Shown one piece after another: positions 9,807-17,901 of a stretch of 30,780 nt of DNA. The position numbers and the translations under genes were made by a program. Each line of letters opens with the position of its first letter. The stretch's first letter is position 1. The notes under the pieces were generated by a model, which ran no database searches, was not told where the DNA came from, and worked only from the letters and a program-made list of their open reading frames with translations. The stretch comes from a virus (taxonomy: Duplodnaviria > Caudoviricetes), in the IMG/VR virus record IMGVR_UViG_3300037604_000076, positions 1-30,780 of that record; one strand, given 5' to 3'.

Positions 9807-10444
9807 GCGTGGAAACGGTGATCCCGGACAACAGCGATGTGTTCGAGCGCGCCCTTGCCGCCGCTATGTCGGACATCCTGCCGGTGCCGGTTCGGGAAAA
9901 ACTCGATCCTGACACGACCAGCGAAGAATTCCTGCCCTTCCTTGCCCATGGCGAGGCGGTCAAGCTCTGGTTTGACGACTGGCCGGTCGCGCGCAAGCGC
10001 CACGTCGCAAAAGAGTGGCTCAAGTCCTACGCCTCGATCATCGGCACGCGCGCAGCCCTTGAGCCGTTCCTGGCGCTCGTCGAGGCCGATCTGATCGACC
10101 GGATCTCGAACCCGACCTACTTCGTCATCGGTGAGACGCCGATCTCGGACGGAATGCGGGTGGGGCACGGGCCGCATTATCTCACGGCCCTGGTCAAGGC
10201 GTCACCGGTGGCTGAGCCCGATCACTTCACGATCGGCGTCACTCCTGTCGATCAGCCGATCCGCGTTCATGACATCGACACCACGGCACTTGACCGCGCC
10301 AAGGCCGCCATGCGCGCCGCCAAGGCACCGGAGACCCACTACACGGTCGATTTTGGCTGGCTTCGCCCGGCCACCTTCGATGACGCTGTCCCGTTTGATG
10401 AAGCGCGCCGCTTCGATGCGCTGATTGAAAGAGAGAAGGCCTGA
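9803..10444 (+). CDS. Phage tail protein I (P2 gpI-like)
   Basis: PDNSDVFERAL, DPD, FLPFLA, W..DWP...KR, GTRAAL motifs. Confidence 0.85.
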   Translation: MSVETVIPDNSDVFERALAAAMSDILPVPVREKLDPDTTSEEFLPFLAHGEAVKLWFDDWPVARKRHVAKEWLKSYASIIGTRAALEPFLALVEADLIDRISNPTYFVIGETPISDGMRVGHGPHYLTALVKASPVAEPDHFTIGVTPVDQPIRVHDIDTTALDRAKAAMRAAKAPETHYTVDFGWLRPATFDDAVPFDEARRFDALIEREKA

Positions 10445-10445
10445 G

Positions 10446-12719
10446 ATGGAACGAGTTGACTGGACAAACGCAGAGCGCGCCGATCGGGTGGACTGGAGCC
10501 GGATGAGCAAGTTCGCCCAGGAAGCGGTCGATCGCATCGCTGAGGGCGCGCTTGGCTATCCCGCCCACTGGGCGCGCTTCCTGGTGGCCGAACAGGCAGG
10601 CTTTACCATTACAGTGTCGCCGGGCGAGCACTACAATCGCGATCTCATCTATGTCCTCCTGTCTCAGGCCGAGCGGGATCTGACGCCCTACCGGCCATTG
10701 GTCGCAGGCACCACCAAATGGGTGGCCATCCTGGTGGGTGGACAGGAAGTCACCGTGGAGGAGAACCGCGCCATCCAGACCGAGAACGTCGAGGGCGGCG
10801 GAACGGTGCAGCGGCAGGTGCCCAAGATCATCCGCCGCGCGGTCACGATTGCGGAACTGCCTTCCGACATCACCGGTGCCAAGCCCGCGATTCCGGTCGG
10901 CTCCTGCTGCATCGCCATGGTGCTGTTGACCACCACCGGCATCGACACGATCGAGCCCTATGGCGAGCACCGCGTGGTCCCGCTTTACGAGGTCGAGCAG
11001 CGCCTGAAGCTGGTCGAGGAGCGTGTCGACCGGCTGCGCCGTGACACTGACAGCATCGCCACCGATGTCTCGGCACTGGCCACACAGCTCGATGCGCTGC
11101 CGCCGCCCGGTCTGTTCCAGCAGTTTGGCCGCGACATCGCCCGCAACGCCCGTGCGCTTGGCCAAAACCCGCTCGCCGGCAACTACTTCTTCGATCCCGG
11201 CCTGGTGGATGACTTCTGGGATCTCACCCATCCCGACAGCTACCTCAGGCTTGACCACGGGCTGCGGTTTCCCTTCGCCGCCGTCTCCGACACGCAGCTG
11301 ATGCTGGCTGACCCGAGCGATCCGCAGATCACGGTGACCGCGAGCGGAACCTTGATGCCCTCCTATCAAGAGGTGGTGCGCATCGAGACACCGGTGGGAT
11401 CCGGCCGGCAGCGCGTTGCCAATGTCGTCACCCAGGAGACGATCGCCACGGAACACCAGCAGAGCCATTCGAGCACCACCTACGGGCCGACCGAGCGCTA
11501 TTGCGAAAACGATGTCCACTGGAACGAGGCGGATCTGCGCGACCGGGAATATGGCGAGCGGTTCGCGGTCGCAGGCGTCGAGTATCAGGCGCTCGGGGTC
11601 AGCGACATTCCCTGGAACGCCACCGAGACAGCACAGAACGGTCATCTCAACTTCGATGTCCAGCAGGTGTTCACCACAAGCTGGACTTCCAGCTACACCA
11701 CCTATCACACGGTCGAGTACGGGCTGAACAACGCAGCCTTCGCTCAGACCTTCCGGACCTCGCAGATCTTCGTTGCGACCGGTGTCGAACTCTACATGAC
11801 CAAGGTCGATCCGACCCAGCAGGTCACGATCACCATGGGCCGCACCCATCCCAATGGCGCACCGGCCATGGAAGCCATGCTTGGCCGTGGCAGTGTCGAG
11901 GGCGCCGATCTCTCGGTCGGCTGGCAGAAGGTGCCGGTCAAGGAAACGCTGATCAGCCAAGAGCTGATGGCCTGGACGCTGGCGACACCTGGCAACAACG
12001 AGATTGCCAAGTCCGACAACAACGCGTTCTCCAACGGCTCGGCCTTCACCATCACCGATGGTGCATTCGCGCAAGGCTCTGCCCTTGAGGATTACTCGTT
12101 CCGCATCCTTGGTGCACGGTTTGACCGGACCCGCACCTTCGTCGACTTCGGCCCCTATGACCTGCAGGGCGGGATCGGCGGGATCGAGGTTCTGATCCAG
12201 GGGCTGATGCCGCCTGGCACCGAGCGGGTCTGGGCGTTCAAGCCCAACGGGGCCACCGAGTGGACACCGTTTGACAATCGCACCGAGCATCTCCTGACCA
12301 ACCTGCCGGCATCGGGCCGGCTTGGCTGCTGGTTTGTCGGAACCCGCGATCTGCAGCCGACGATCCTGATGAGCCAGCTGTCCCGTGTGCGTCTGTTTCG
12401 TCTCGCCAACACCATGTCGGCCGTCTCCAAGGTGCTCGACTTCGGCTTTGCCACCGACACGCTGAGTGCAGGCGGGCATGTCGACAATTACGACCCGGCG
12501 CGCGGGGTGCCCGAGATCAGCATCTATGACGGATCGACCGAGATTGAGGCATCGACATTGACCGTCACACCCGACCCAAGCCGGCCAGGACGTTCACGGG
12601 TCGAGGCCACCTGGGCTCTGCCAGAAGAAATCAGCGCCTGCCGTGTTCGCTTCTCCGGAACCAAGCAATCCGCGCTTGACGGCTGGTTCTGGCAGGACGC
12701 CTGGCTCAACGCGTTCTAG
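10446..12719 (+). CDS. Large baseplate/tail-fibre-proximal structural protein (757 aa)
   Basis: Follows gpI; phage-like codon usage; central coiled coil (VEQRLKLVEERVDRLRRD) and beta-rich C-terminal half. Confidence 0.6.
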   Translation: MERVDWTNAERADRVDWSRMSKFAQEAVDRIAEGALGYPAHWARFLVAEQAGFTITVSPGEHYNRDLIYVLLSQAERDLTPYRPLVAGTTKWVAILVGGQEVTVEENRAIQTENVEGGGTVQRQVPKIIRRAVTIAELPSDITGAKPAIPVGSCCIAMVLLTTTGIDTIEPYGEHRVVPLYEVEQRLKLVEERVDRLRRDTDSIATDVSALATQLDALPPPGLFQQFGRDIARNARALGQNPLAGNYFFDPGLVDDFWDLTHPDSYLRLDHGLRFPFAAVSDTQLMLADPSDPQITVTASGTLMPSYQEVVRIETPVGSGRQRVANVVTQETIATEHQQSHSSTTYGPTERYCENDVHWNEADLRDREYGERFAVAGVEYQALGVSDIPWNATETAQNGHLNFDVQQVFTTSWTSSYTTYHTVEYGLNNAAFAQTFRTSQIFVATGVELYMTKVDPTQQVTITMGRTHPNGAPAMEAMLGRGSVEGADLSVGWQKVPVKETLISQELMAWTLATPGNNEIAKSDNNAFSNGSAFTITDGAFAQGSALEDYSFRILGARFDRTRTFVDFGPYDLQGGIGGIEVLIQGLMPPGTERVWAFKPNGATEWTPFDNRTEHLLTNLPASGRLGCWFVGTRDLQPTILMSQLSRVRLFRLANTMSAVSKVLDFGFATDTLSAGGHVDNYDPARGVPEISIYDGSTEIEASTLTVTPDPSRPGRSRVEATWALPEEISACRVRFSGTKQSALDGWFWQDAWLNAF

Positions 12720-12731
12720 AGGAGATTTGTG

Positions 12732-12905
12732 ATGGCCGCCAAGATCGACCCCAAAGCCAAGTACGTGGTGGTGCTGACCCGCGCCGTAACCCGTGGGCCG
12801 CATATCCACCGGGCGCGTGTGCCAATCCGGATGACCGGCGCGTTCTTGATAGCGCTCAGAGAGGAGGAAGGCGATGCCATCATTGCCACTGCCAACAAGG
12901 TCTAG
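12732..12905 (+). CDS. Small hypothetical protein (57 aa, not in the ORF track)
   Basis: RBS AGAGGAG; ATG 12732 to TAG 12905: MAAKIDPKAKYVVVLTRAVTRGPHIHRARVPIRMTGAFLIALREEEGDAIIATANKV. Confidence 0.7.
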   Translation: MAAKIDPKAKYVVVLTRAVTRGPHIHRARVPIRMTGAFLIALREEEGDAIIATANKV

Positions 12906-13857
12906 CGGCTACGAGGTCACCGGACAGCACGTCGCCAATGCCGAGCTGTTCAATGCGGTCCTCAGTGACATTCACGCATGGCTGACTGAGCTCTCCGGCA
13001 CCTTCCAAACCATCACAGAACTCGAGCAGTCGACCATCGACCAGTCGCTGGCGGTGATCGCCCAATCGGTCGAGCCGCAGATCCTTGCGCTGCTCGCCAC
13101 GATCGCCCAGGCGCAGACCCAGATCGACGAGATCGTCAACACCGGCGTTGCCGGCACCAATGTCACCATCGCGGCCTATGGCGAGCTGTTGACTGAGGCG
13201 ACCAACGTGCAAGCGGCCGTGCAGGCTTTGGTGGATGCGATTGCAGCGGCGCTGCCATCTGTTGATGGCAACGAGGGCAAGGTTCTCAAGGTCGTCGAGG
13301 GCGCGCCTGCCTGGGGCGATGTAATCAGCGTTCTCTATCGGGCCTATGTAGATCGCGATCAGTTGCGCTCGATCGATGGCCCGGCCGGCACGATGGCGCT
13401 GGTCGAAGGGCTCGGTCTGTTCGTCTGGGTGGAAGGATCCGATCAGCCGGATGATGACGAGACCGCACTCGCCACGTCATCCGGTGTTTGGCTGCTCAAT
13501 GCCGCATCCTGGGATCTCGCATTCGCCTATTGGCTGCCAGAGATCGAGGCGATCAAGAACCGGGTCGCGCTGACCGGGGAAGCGGTTTGCAACCTTTCCT
13601 CTGTTGCCTCAAACAATTCCGCTGATTTTACTGCCACGGTACCGGGAGCGGCTATCGGCGATACGGTTGTTGCTACCCCGCCAGCTGCTTTGATGACTTC
13701 GCTTACCACGACCCTGAGCTTCCATGCATGGGTGTCTAGCAGTGACACGGTCACAATCAGATTGGTCAATTCTTCCGCTTCTACCGCCATGTTGAACCCC
13801 GATGTGATCGGGCCTTTGAACGCCTGGCGGGTTGCTGTCTTCAAAGGAGTAATCTGA
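12874..13857 (+). CDS. Tail fibre/receptor-binding module protein 1
   Basis: RBS GAGGAGG. N-terminal coiled coil, tailspike-like GLFVW...DDD...GVWL motif, C-terminal beta domain (VPGAAIGDTVV...DTVTIRLVN). Confidence 0.6.
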   Translation: MPSLPLPTRSSGYEVTGQHVANAELFNAVLSDIHAWLTELSGTFQTITELEQSTIDQSLAVIAQSVEPQILALLATIAQAQTQIDEIVNTGVAGTNVTIAAYGELLTEATNVQAAVQALVDAIAAALPSVDGNEGKVLKVVEGAPAWGDVISVLYRAYVDRDQLRSIDGPAGTMALVEGLGLFVWVEGSDQPDDDETALATSSGVWLLNAASWDLAFAYWLPEIEAIKNRVALTGEAVCNLSSVASNNSADFTATVPGAAIGDTVVATPPAALMTSLTTTLSFHAWVSSSDTVTIRLVNSSASTAMLNPDVIGPLNAWRVAVFKGVI

Positions 13858-13858
13858 C

Positions 13859-14950
13859 ATGGGCATGATCAGGGCTATGCGCCTTCTGAACGCCGCCACA
13901 TCCGGCAACCTGAGTGGGGCTGAGATTGAAACTCTGCTGACGACCGGTGATCAGTTGGGAGAGTTTCAACAGCTTCTCTCTCTGAAGGGACAGGTTGGCT
14001 TGCTGGCTTCGTCGTCGATTGCGCTCACAAATATGCTCGGTTCTGCAACCGCCCGATCAGCGATATTCTCTTCGCCCGTCGCCTCTGCCGAAATCTTCTC
14101 GTCTGAATTGTCAGCGAACATCGTGGCAGCTTCGGCGGATGCAATGAGCACTTTGGCTGCCTCGCCAATCGGGCTTTCGGAAATGGCAAAGTCAGTCGGC
14201 TTTTCCGCGATTGTTGCCGATGCAGACGCAATGGACACGCTTGCAGCAGCACCTTTGGCAATGGACGCGATCTATAACCAACCGCGCGCAATACAGAAAA
14301 TCATGCCGTCAGCGTGGGGTGTTTACGCGCCGCACGCCGATCAATTTGCGCTCGCAGGGGACTTGGTTGGGACATGGAAAGACGCGTCCGGAAACGGGCG
14401 TAACTTCTTCGCCGCGACCAATAACAGGCCCACTTTCATAAGCGAGAACAGCATCAACGGGTATTCGACGGTGAAGTTCGACAACTCCCTCAACAATCGG
14501 ATGTCCCTATCGTCTCTGTTCGACTCGACCGAATACACGATGTTTTTTGTGTATCGAAGGCTAGAAAGTGCACCAAGCGCGCTGATCGGTGACGGCAATG
14601 CGGACAGCTTTGTAACAAGCTCCACCACTTCTTTTGTGGCTTACGAGGGTGGTTCTGGCAGCACGTTCAGCGGCGTTTCGCCAGCAGCGGTAAACACATG
14701 GGGAATATCCAGGGTGCGACGCACAGGTCCGTCGGAGGCCTTTCTTTCACTAAACGGTGGCACGGAAAGTCCGGCCATCACAATCAACATTCCCAATTTT
14801 GCCAACGTGACCCTCTATCTCGCGTGGGGCAACTCAACAGCTTACGCAGATATGCAGTATGCCGAAATCATACTGCTCAAGAACACGTCGGCCATTGATG
14901 GTGAAGTCACCCGCGTCACCAACCTCCTGAAAACGAAGTATGGGCTGTAA
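13859..14950 (+). CDS. Putative receptor-binding protein with helical repeats and a C-terminal LamG/ConA-like domain
   Basis: Ala/Ser-rich repeats (IVAASADAMSTLAAS / IVADADAMDTLAAA); C-term VGTWKDASGNGRN...PTF...INGYSTVKFD...YTMFFVY...AEIILL...LKTKYGL. Confidence 0.6.
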   Translation: MGMIRAMRLLNAATSGNLSGAEIETLLTTGDQLGEFQQLLSLKGQVGLLASSSIALTNMLGSATARSAIFSSPVASAEIFSSELSANIVAASADAMSTLAASPIGLSEMAKSVGFSAIVADADAMDTLAAAPLAMDAIYNQPRAIQKIMPSAWGVYAPHADQFALAGDLVGTWKDASGNGRNFFAATNNRPTFISENSINGYSTVKFDNSLNNRMSLSSLFDSTEYTMFFVYRRLESAPSALIGDGNADSFVTSSTTSFVAYEGGSGSTFSGVSPAAVNTWGISRVRRTGPSEAFLSLNGGTESPAITINIPNFANVTLYLAWGNSTAYADMQYAEIILLKNTSAIDGEVTRVTNLLKTKYGL

Positions 14951-14953
14951 ACG

Positions 14954-15451
14954 ATGAAGCTTATCATCTCGAATGATCGCATCGCGGCCACAGCGCTTGA
15001 CAGTTACCAGGCCCCGCCCGGTGTCATGGTGGTCGATGCTCCGGAAGGCTTTGAGCCAAGCCGGTTGGAGGAGTATCGCTTTGTTGATGGCGCTCTGAGA
15101 CTGGATCGAGTTGTCCTTGTTATCGCCGAACGCGCCCGCCGCTTTGCAGGCGGTTTCGATTACGACTTCGGCGACAGTCGCGGCGTCCACCACATCGGCA
15201 CAACGCCTGAAGACCTAGCGGGCTGGGATGAGGTCACCACGCTCTCGAGCGCGTTCATTAACCTCGGTAACGGCAGCGCAACGATCGACATCGTGACTAA
15301 CACTGGCCCCGTCACCCTCACGGCAACGGAGTGGCAGTCGATCCTTGTTGCCGCTGGATTGTTCCGTCAGCCGATATGGGCAGCATCCTTTGTGTTGCAA
15401 GCCATGGACCCGATACCACCTGACTTCGCGGACGATAGTTATTGGCCGTAG
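14954..15451 (+). CDS. Tail fibre assembly protein (DUF4376-like)
   Basis: ERARRFAGGFDY, TNTGPVTLTATEW, DPIPPDFADDSYWP C-terminus; follows the fibre genes. Confidence 0.65.
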   Translation: MKLIISNDRIAATALDSYQAPPGVMVVDAPEGFEPSRLEEYRFVDGALRLDRVVLVIAERARRFAGGFDYDFGDSRGVHHIGTTPEDLAGWDEVTTLSSAFINLGNGSATIDIVTNTGPVTLTATEWQSILVAAGLFRQPIWAASFVLQAMDPIPPDFADDSYWP

Positions 15452-15478
15452 CCGCACACCTCACCACGAACCCTGATC

Positions 15479-15501
15479 AACCCGGCCTGGCCGGGTTTTT
15501 T
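15479..15501 (+). terminator. Rho-independent terminator after the fibre module
   Basis: AACCCGGC-ctg-GCCGGGTT followed by TTTT. Confidence 0.75.
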
Positions 15502-15551
15502 ATTGCCCGAACCGGCCGGTGGCGCGGCTTTTCAAATGAATGGAGACTATC

Positions 15552-16784
15552 ATGAGTGCACCTCAATTCGGGATGCAGTTCTCGCGCCCGGCTGATGAGC
15601 CGGTTCCCGTCCTTGGCGCGGATTTTTCCAAGTTTCTCTGCATCGAGACATCGGCCGATGCCTCCACCGAAACCTTTCCTGCTGACACGCCCGTGCGCGG
15701 TTCGTCATCGGATACGGACTTCGTCTCGGCGCTCGGCACCGGCCTGCTGGCCGATCAGGTCAGGGGCATCAACGATCAGCTGACCGGGCTCAATTCCGGG
15801 GCGGACGTGACTGTCGTTCGCGTGGCCGAGGGCGCGGATGCAGCGGCGACGGCGGCGGCAATCGCGGCCATCGTCAATGGCCTTGCGAGCATTCCTTCTG
15901 CTATCAACGCCACACCGCGCATCGTGATTGCGGGCCGCACCGCATGGCGCGCCGACCTCGACACCGTGAGCCCGGTCGTGGCCGCGCTGCAGGCCAATCT
16001 CGGCAAGATCCTCGCCATTGCGCCGGTGGATGTCGACGACACCTCGGCAGCCAACGCGATCGACGCCCGCGAGACCATGTCTTCCGAGCGGCTGATCCCC
16101 ATCGGCGTGGCGGCAAAGGTCTATGAAGGCGAGACCCTCGTCACACGGCCCATGGCGCCACGCGTCGGCGGCCTCATGGCTCGGGTCGACAATGAGAATC
16201 TGGGCAAGCCATTCAACCCGATCGCCAACCGGCCGCTCTATGGCCTGGCCGGGCTGTCGCGGAAGATCCCGTTCTCGCTGCTCGACGGTTCGACCGAAGG
16301 CCAGCAGTTGCTGGCGGCCAGTGTCTCGATCGTTGCCGAGGGCGAGGTTGGCGTTGACGGTTCGGTCGCTGATGGCGGCTTCGTCTTCATCGGCACCGAC
16401 AATGCCCAGACCGGTGAACTCTGGGAGCAGTTCCACCAGGTGCGCGGCACCGACTATCTGGTGGTCAAGATCATGCAGATCACGCGTCAGTTCCTGGGCG
16501 GCAAGATCTCGGCCGACAAAGCCGAGGCGTGGATCAACTCCATCGCCTTCATGCTGCGTGACCACAAGGCCGATGACGACATCCTCGGCTACACCCCGGC
16601 CAACCAAATGTTCAAGGCGAGCCGCAACTCGCCGGAGAACATCCGGCTCGGCTCACTGACCCTCAACATCGGCATCGAACCGGCGCCGGTGTTCAAGCTC
16701 GCCAACCACGAGATCCGGCGCTACCGCCCGGCCGTCGAAGGTCTGGTCGAGGAAATCATCGCCCGCCTCAACGCGGCCGCCTGA
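15552..16784 (+). CDS. Contractile tail sheath protein
   Basis: RBS GGAG plus ATG 15552; TVVRVAEG, TPRIVIAG, PFNPIANR, QFHQVRGTD, NSPENIRLG, IEPAP motifs. Confidence 0.9.
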   Translation: MSAPQFGMQFSRPADEPVPVLGADFSKFLCIETSADASTETFPADTPVRGSSSDTDFVSALGTGLLADQVRGINDQLTGLNSGADVTVVRVAEGADAAATAAAIAAIVNGLASIPSAINATPRIVIAGRTAWRADLDTVSPVVAALQANLGKILAIAPVDVDDTSAANAIDARETMSSERLIPIGVAAKVYEGETLVTRPMAPRVGGLMARVDNENLGKPFNPIANRPLYGLAGLSRKIPFSLLDGSTEGQQLLAASVSIVAEGEVGVDGSVADGGFVFIGTDNAQTGELWEQFHQVRGTDYLVVKIMQITRQFLGGKISADKAEAWINSIAFMLRDHKADDDILGYTPANQMFKASRNSPENIRLGSLTLNIGIEPAPVFKLANHEIRRYRPAVEGLVEEIIARLNAAA

Positions 16785-16808
16785 TCCGCGCTTTCAAAGG
16801 AGACTGAC

Positions 16809-17321
16809 ATGCAAAATCTCTACATGCTGACGGCGGTGGATGTGCGCCGCGCCGAGGTGGCGGGCTCGAGCCGGGCCACCACCATCGAGAAACTCACCAT
16901 CCCGCCGATCAAGTTCATGACGGCGGGCCACAACCCCGGCGGTGGTGTGATGAGCGTCGATTTCGTGCTGCCGCGTATCGAGGGTCTGGAGCCGGCGTTT
17001 TCGGTCAAGGGCATCGACACCGACATATTCGGCGGCATGGGCGTGATCGACAAGTGGACCTTCGCCGGCGCCTATCGCGACAAGAAGACCAACAAGGCGG
17101 TGCCGGCCCGCGGCGTCATCGAGGGGGCGGTGACCGAATGGGAGCCGGATGAAAGCGATCCCGGCGAGTTCCAGGGTTGCACCCACGCCTTTAAGGAAGT
17201 CACGCACTTCGAGTTCCTGCTTGATGGCAAGGAGCTCTGGTACATCGACTTCTGGGAGCGGATCATCCGCCGCAACGGCGAAGACCTGTTCGCCGCCGAC
17301 CGGCTGGCGCTGGGCGCGTAA
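16809..17321 (+). CDS. Major tail tube protein (P2 FII-like)
   Basis: HNPGGGVM, FAGAYRD, LDGKELWYIDF..RIIRRNGEDL..LG motifs. Confidence 0.92.
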   Translation: MQNLYMLTAVDVRRAEVAGSSRATTIEKLTIPPIKFMTAGHNPGGGVMSVDFVLPRIEGLEPAFSVKGIDTDIFGGMGVIDKWTFAGAYRDKKTNKAVPARGVIEGAVTEWEPDESDPGEFQGCTHAFKEVTHFEFLLDGKELWYIDFWERIIRRNGEDLFAADRLALGA

Positions 17322-17347
17322 GCCGGCAGACGAGATCATTCCAGCTG

Positions 17348-17379
17348 CGGGCGCCTGATGAGGGCGCCCGTTTCTGTTT
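17348..17379 (+). terminator. Probable terminator after the tube gene
   Basis: CGGGCGCC-tgatgag-GGCGCCCG followed by TTTCTGTTT. Confidence 0.55.
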
Positions 17380-17397
17380 CAAATCGAGGACAATGCC

Positions 17398-17703
17398 ATG
17401 ACCGAGAAACTCCAAAGTGTGACGGTGGAACTGGAATTCCCAGTCTCTTACGAGGGGCGCGAGATCGCCTCGCTCACCTTCCGCCGCATGAAGGCGCGCG
17501 ATGCGCTGGCGGGCGAGGGCATCGAGAACGAAGTGCGCGCCGGCTATGCGATCTTCGCCACGCTCGCAGGCGTGGACATCGCCGTGATCGAGGAGCTCGA
17601 CATCGAGGATCTGGCCAAGGTCGGCGACGAGGTGAAGCCGCTCATGGGAAAGCGGTTGGCGGAGATGACGGAAAAGGCGAACCCGTCTCCTGGCGGGAAC
17701 TGA
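17398..17703 (+). CDS. Tail assembly chaperone (G/E-like)
   Basis: VELEFPV, LTFRRMKARD, FATLAGV...IEELDIEDL motifs; RBS GAGGA. Confidence 0.9.
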   Translation: MTEKLQSVTVELEFPVSYEGREIASLTFRRMKARDALAGEGIENEVRAGYAIFATLAGVDIAVIEELDIEDLAKVGDEVKPLMGKRLAEMTEKANPSPGGN

Positions 17704-17831
17704 TCATCCAGATGGGTCGCCAGACCCACTCATCGCTTGAAGAAGTCAAGGAGATGGAGATCGACGAGTTTCTCGCCGATGCCCGCGCGCTCGCCAAGAT
17801 AACAGCCCGTGAGAACCGTGAAACCAAATAG
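17646..17831 (+). CDS. -1 frameshift extension of the tail chaperone (GT / E+E' product, about 144 aa in total)
   Basis: In-frame slippery heptamer G-GGA-AAG at 17646-17652. The -1 frame reads on to WRELIIQMGRQTHSSLEEVKEMEIDEFLADARAL, a GpE-like peptide. Confidence 0.85.
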   Translation, partial: GKAVGGDDGKGEPVSWRELIIQMGRQTHSSLEEVKEMEIDEFLADARALAKITARENRETK

Positions 17832-17833
17832 TA

Positions 17834-17870
17834 TTGACTCATTCTGAATGGGAAGCCTACAAATTGTAGG
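17834..17870 (+). promoter_or_regulatory. Putative sigma70 promoter of the moron with an overlapping palindrome
   Basis: TTGACT (17834-39), 17 nt, CTACAA (17857-62), resembling the rhizobial CTTGAC-N17-CTATAT consensus; CCTACAA-A-TTGTAGG at 17856-17870. Confidence 0.55.
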
Positions 17871-17901
17871 TACCGAAAACACAACCATTTGGGAAATTTT
17901 G

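Noticed and set aside
10239-12479. 746-aa minus-strand ORF (and other long antisense ORFs such as 4896-6257, 15705-16607, 27211-28398)
   Set aside because: Antisense shadows of high-GC3 sense genes; no motifs and composition unlike real proteins.
12874-15451. DGR or invertible tail-fibre cassette
   Set aside because: No reverse transcriptase, invertase, template/variable repeat pair or inverted fibre segments seen.
17358-17645. 5' part of the 157-aa ORF as an independent gene
   Set aside because: Its start lies in a terminator loop; only the part after the slippery site looks like protein (GT extension).
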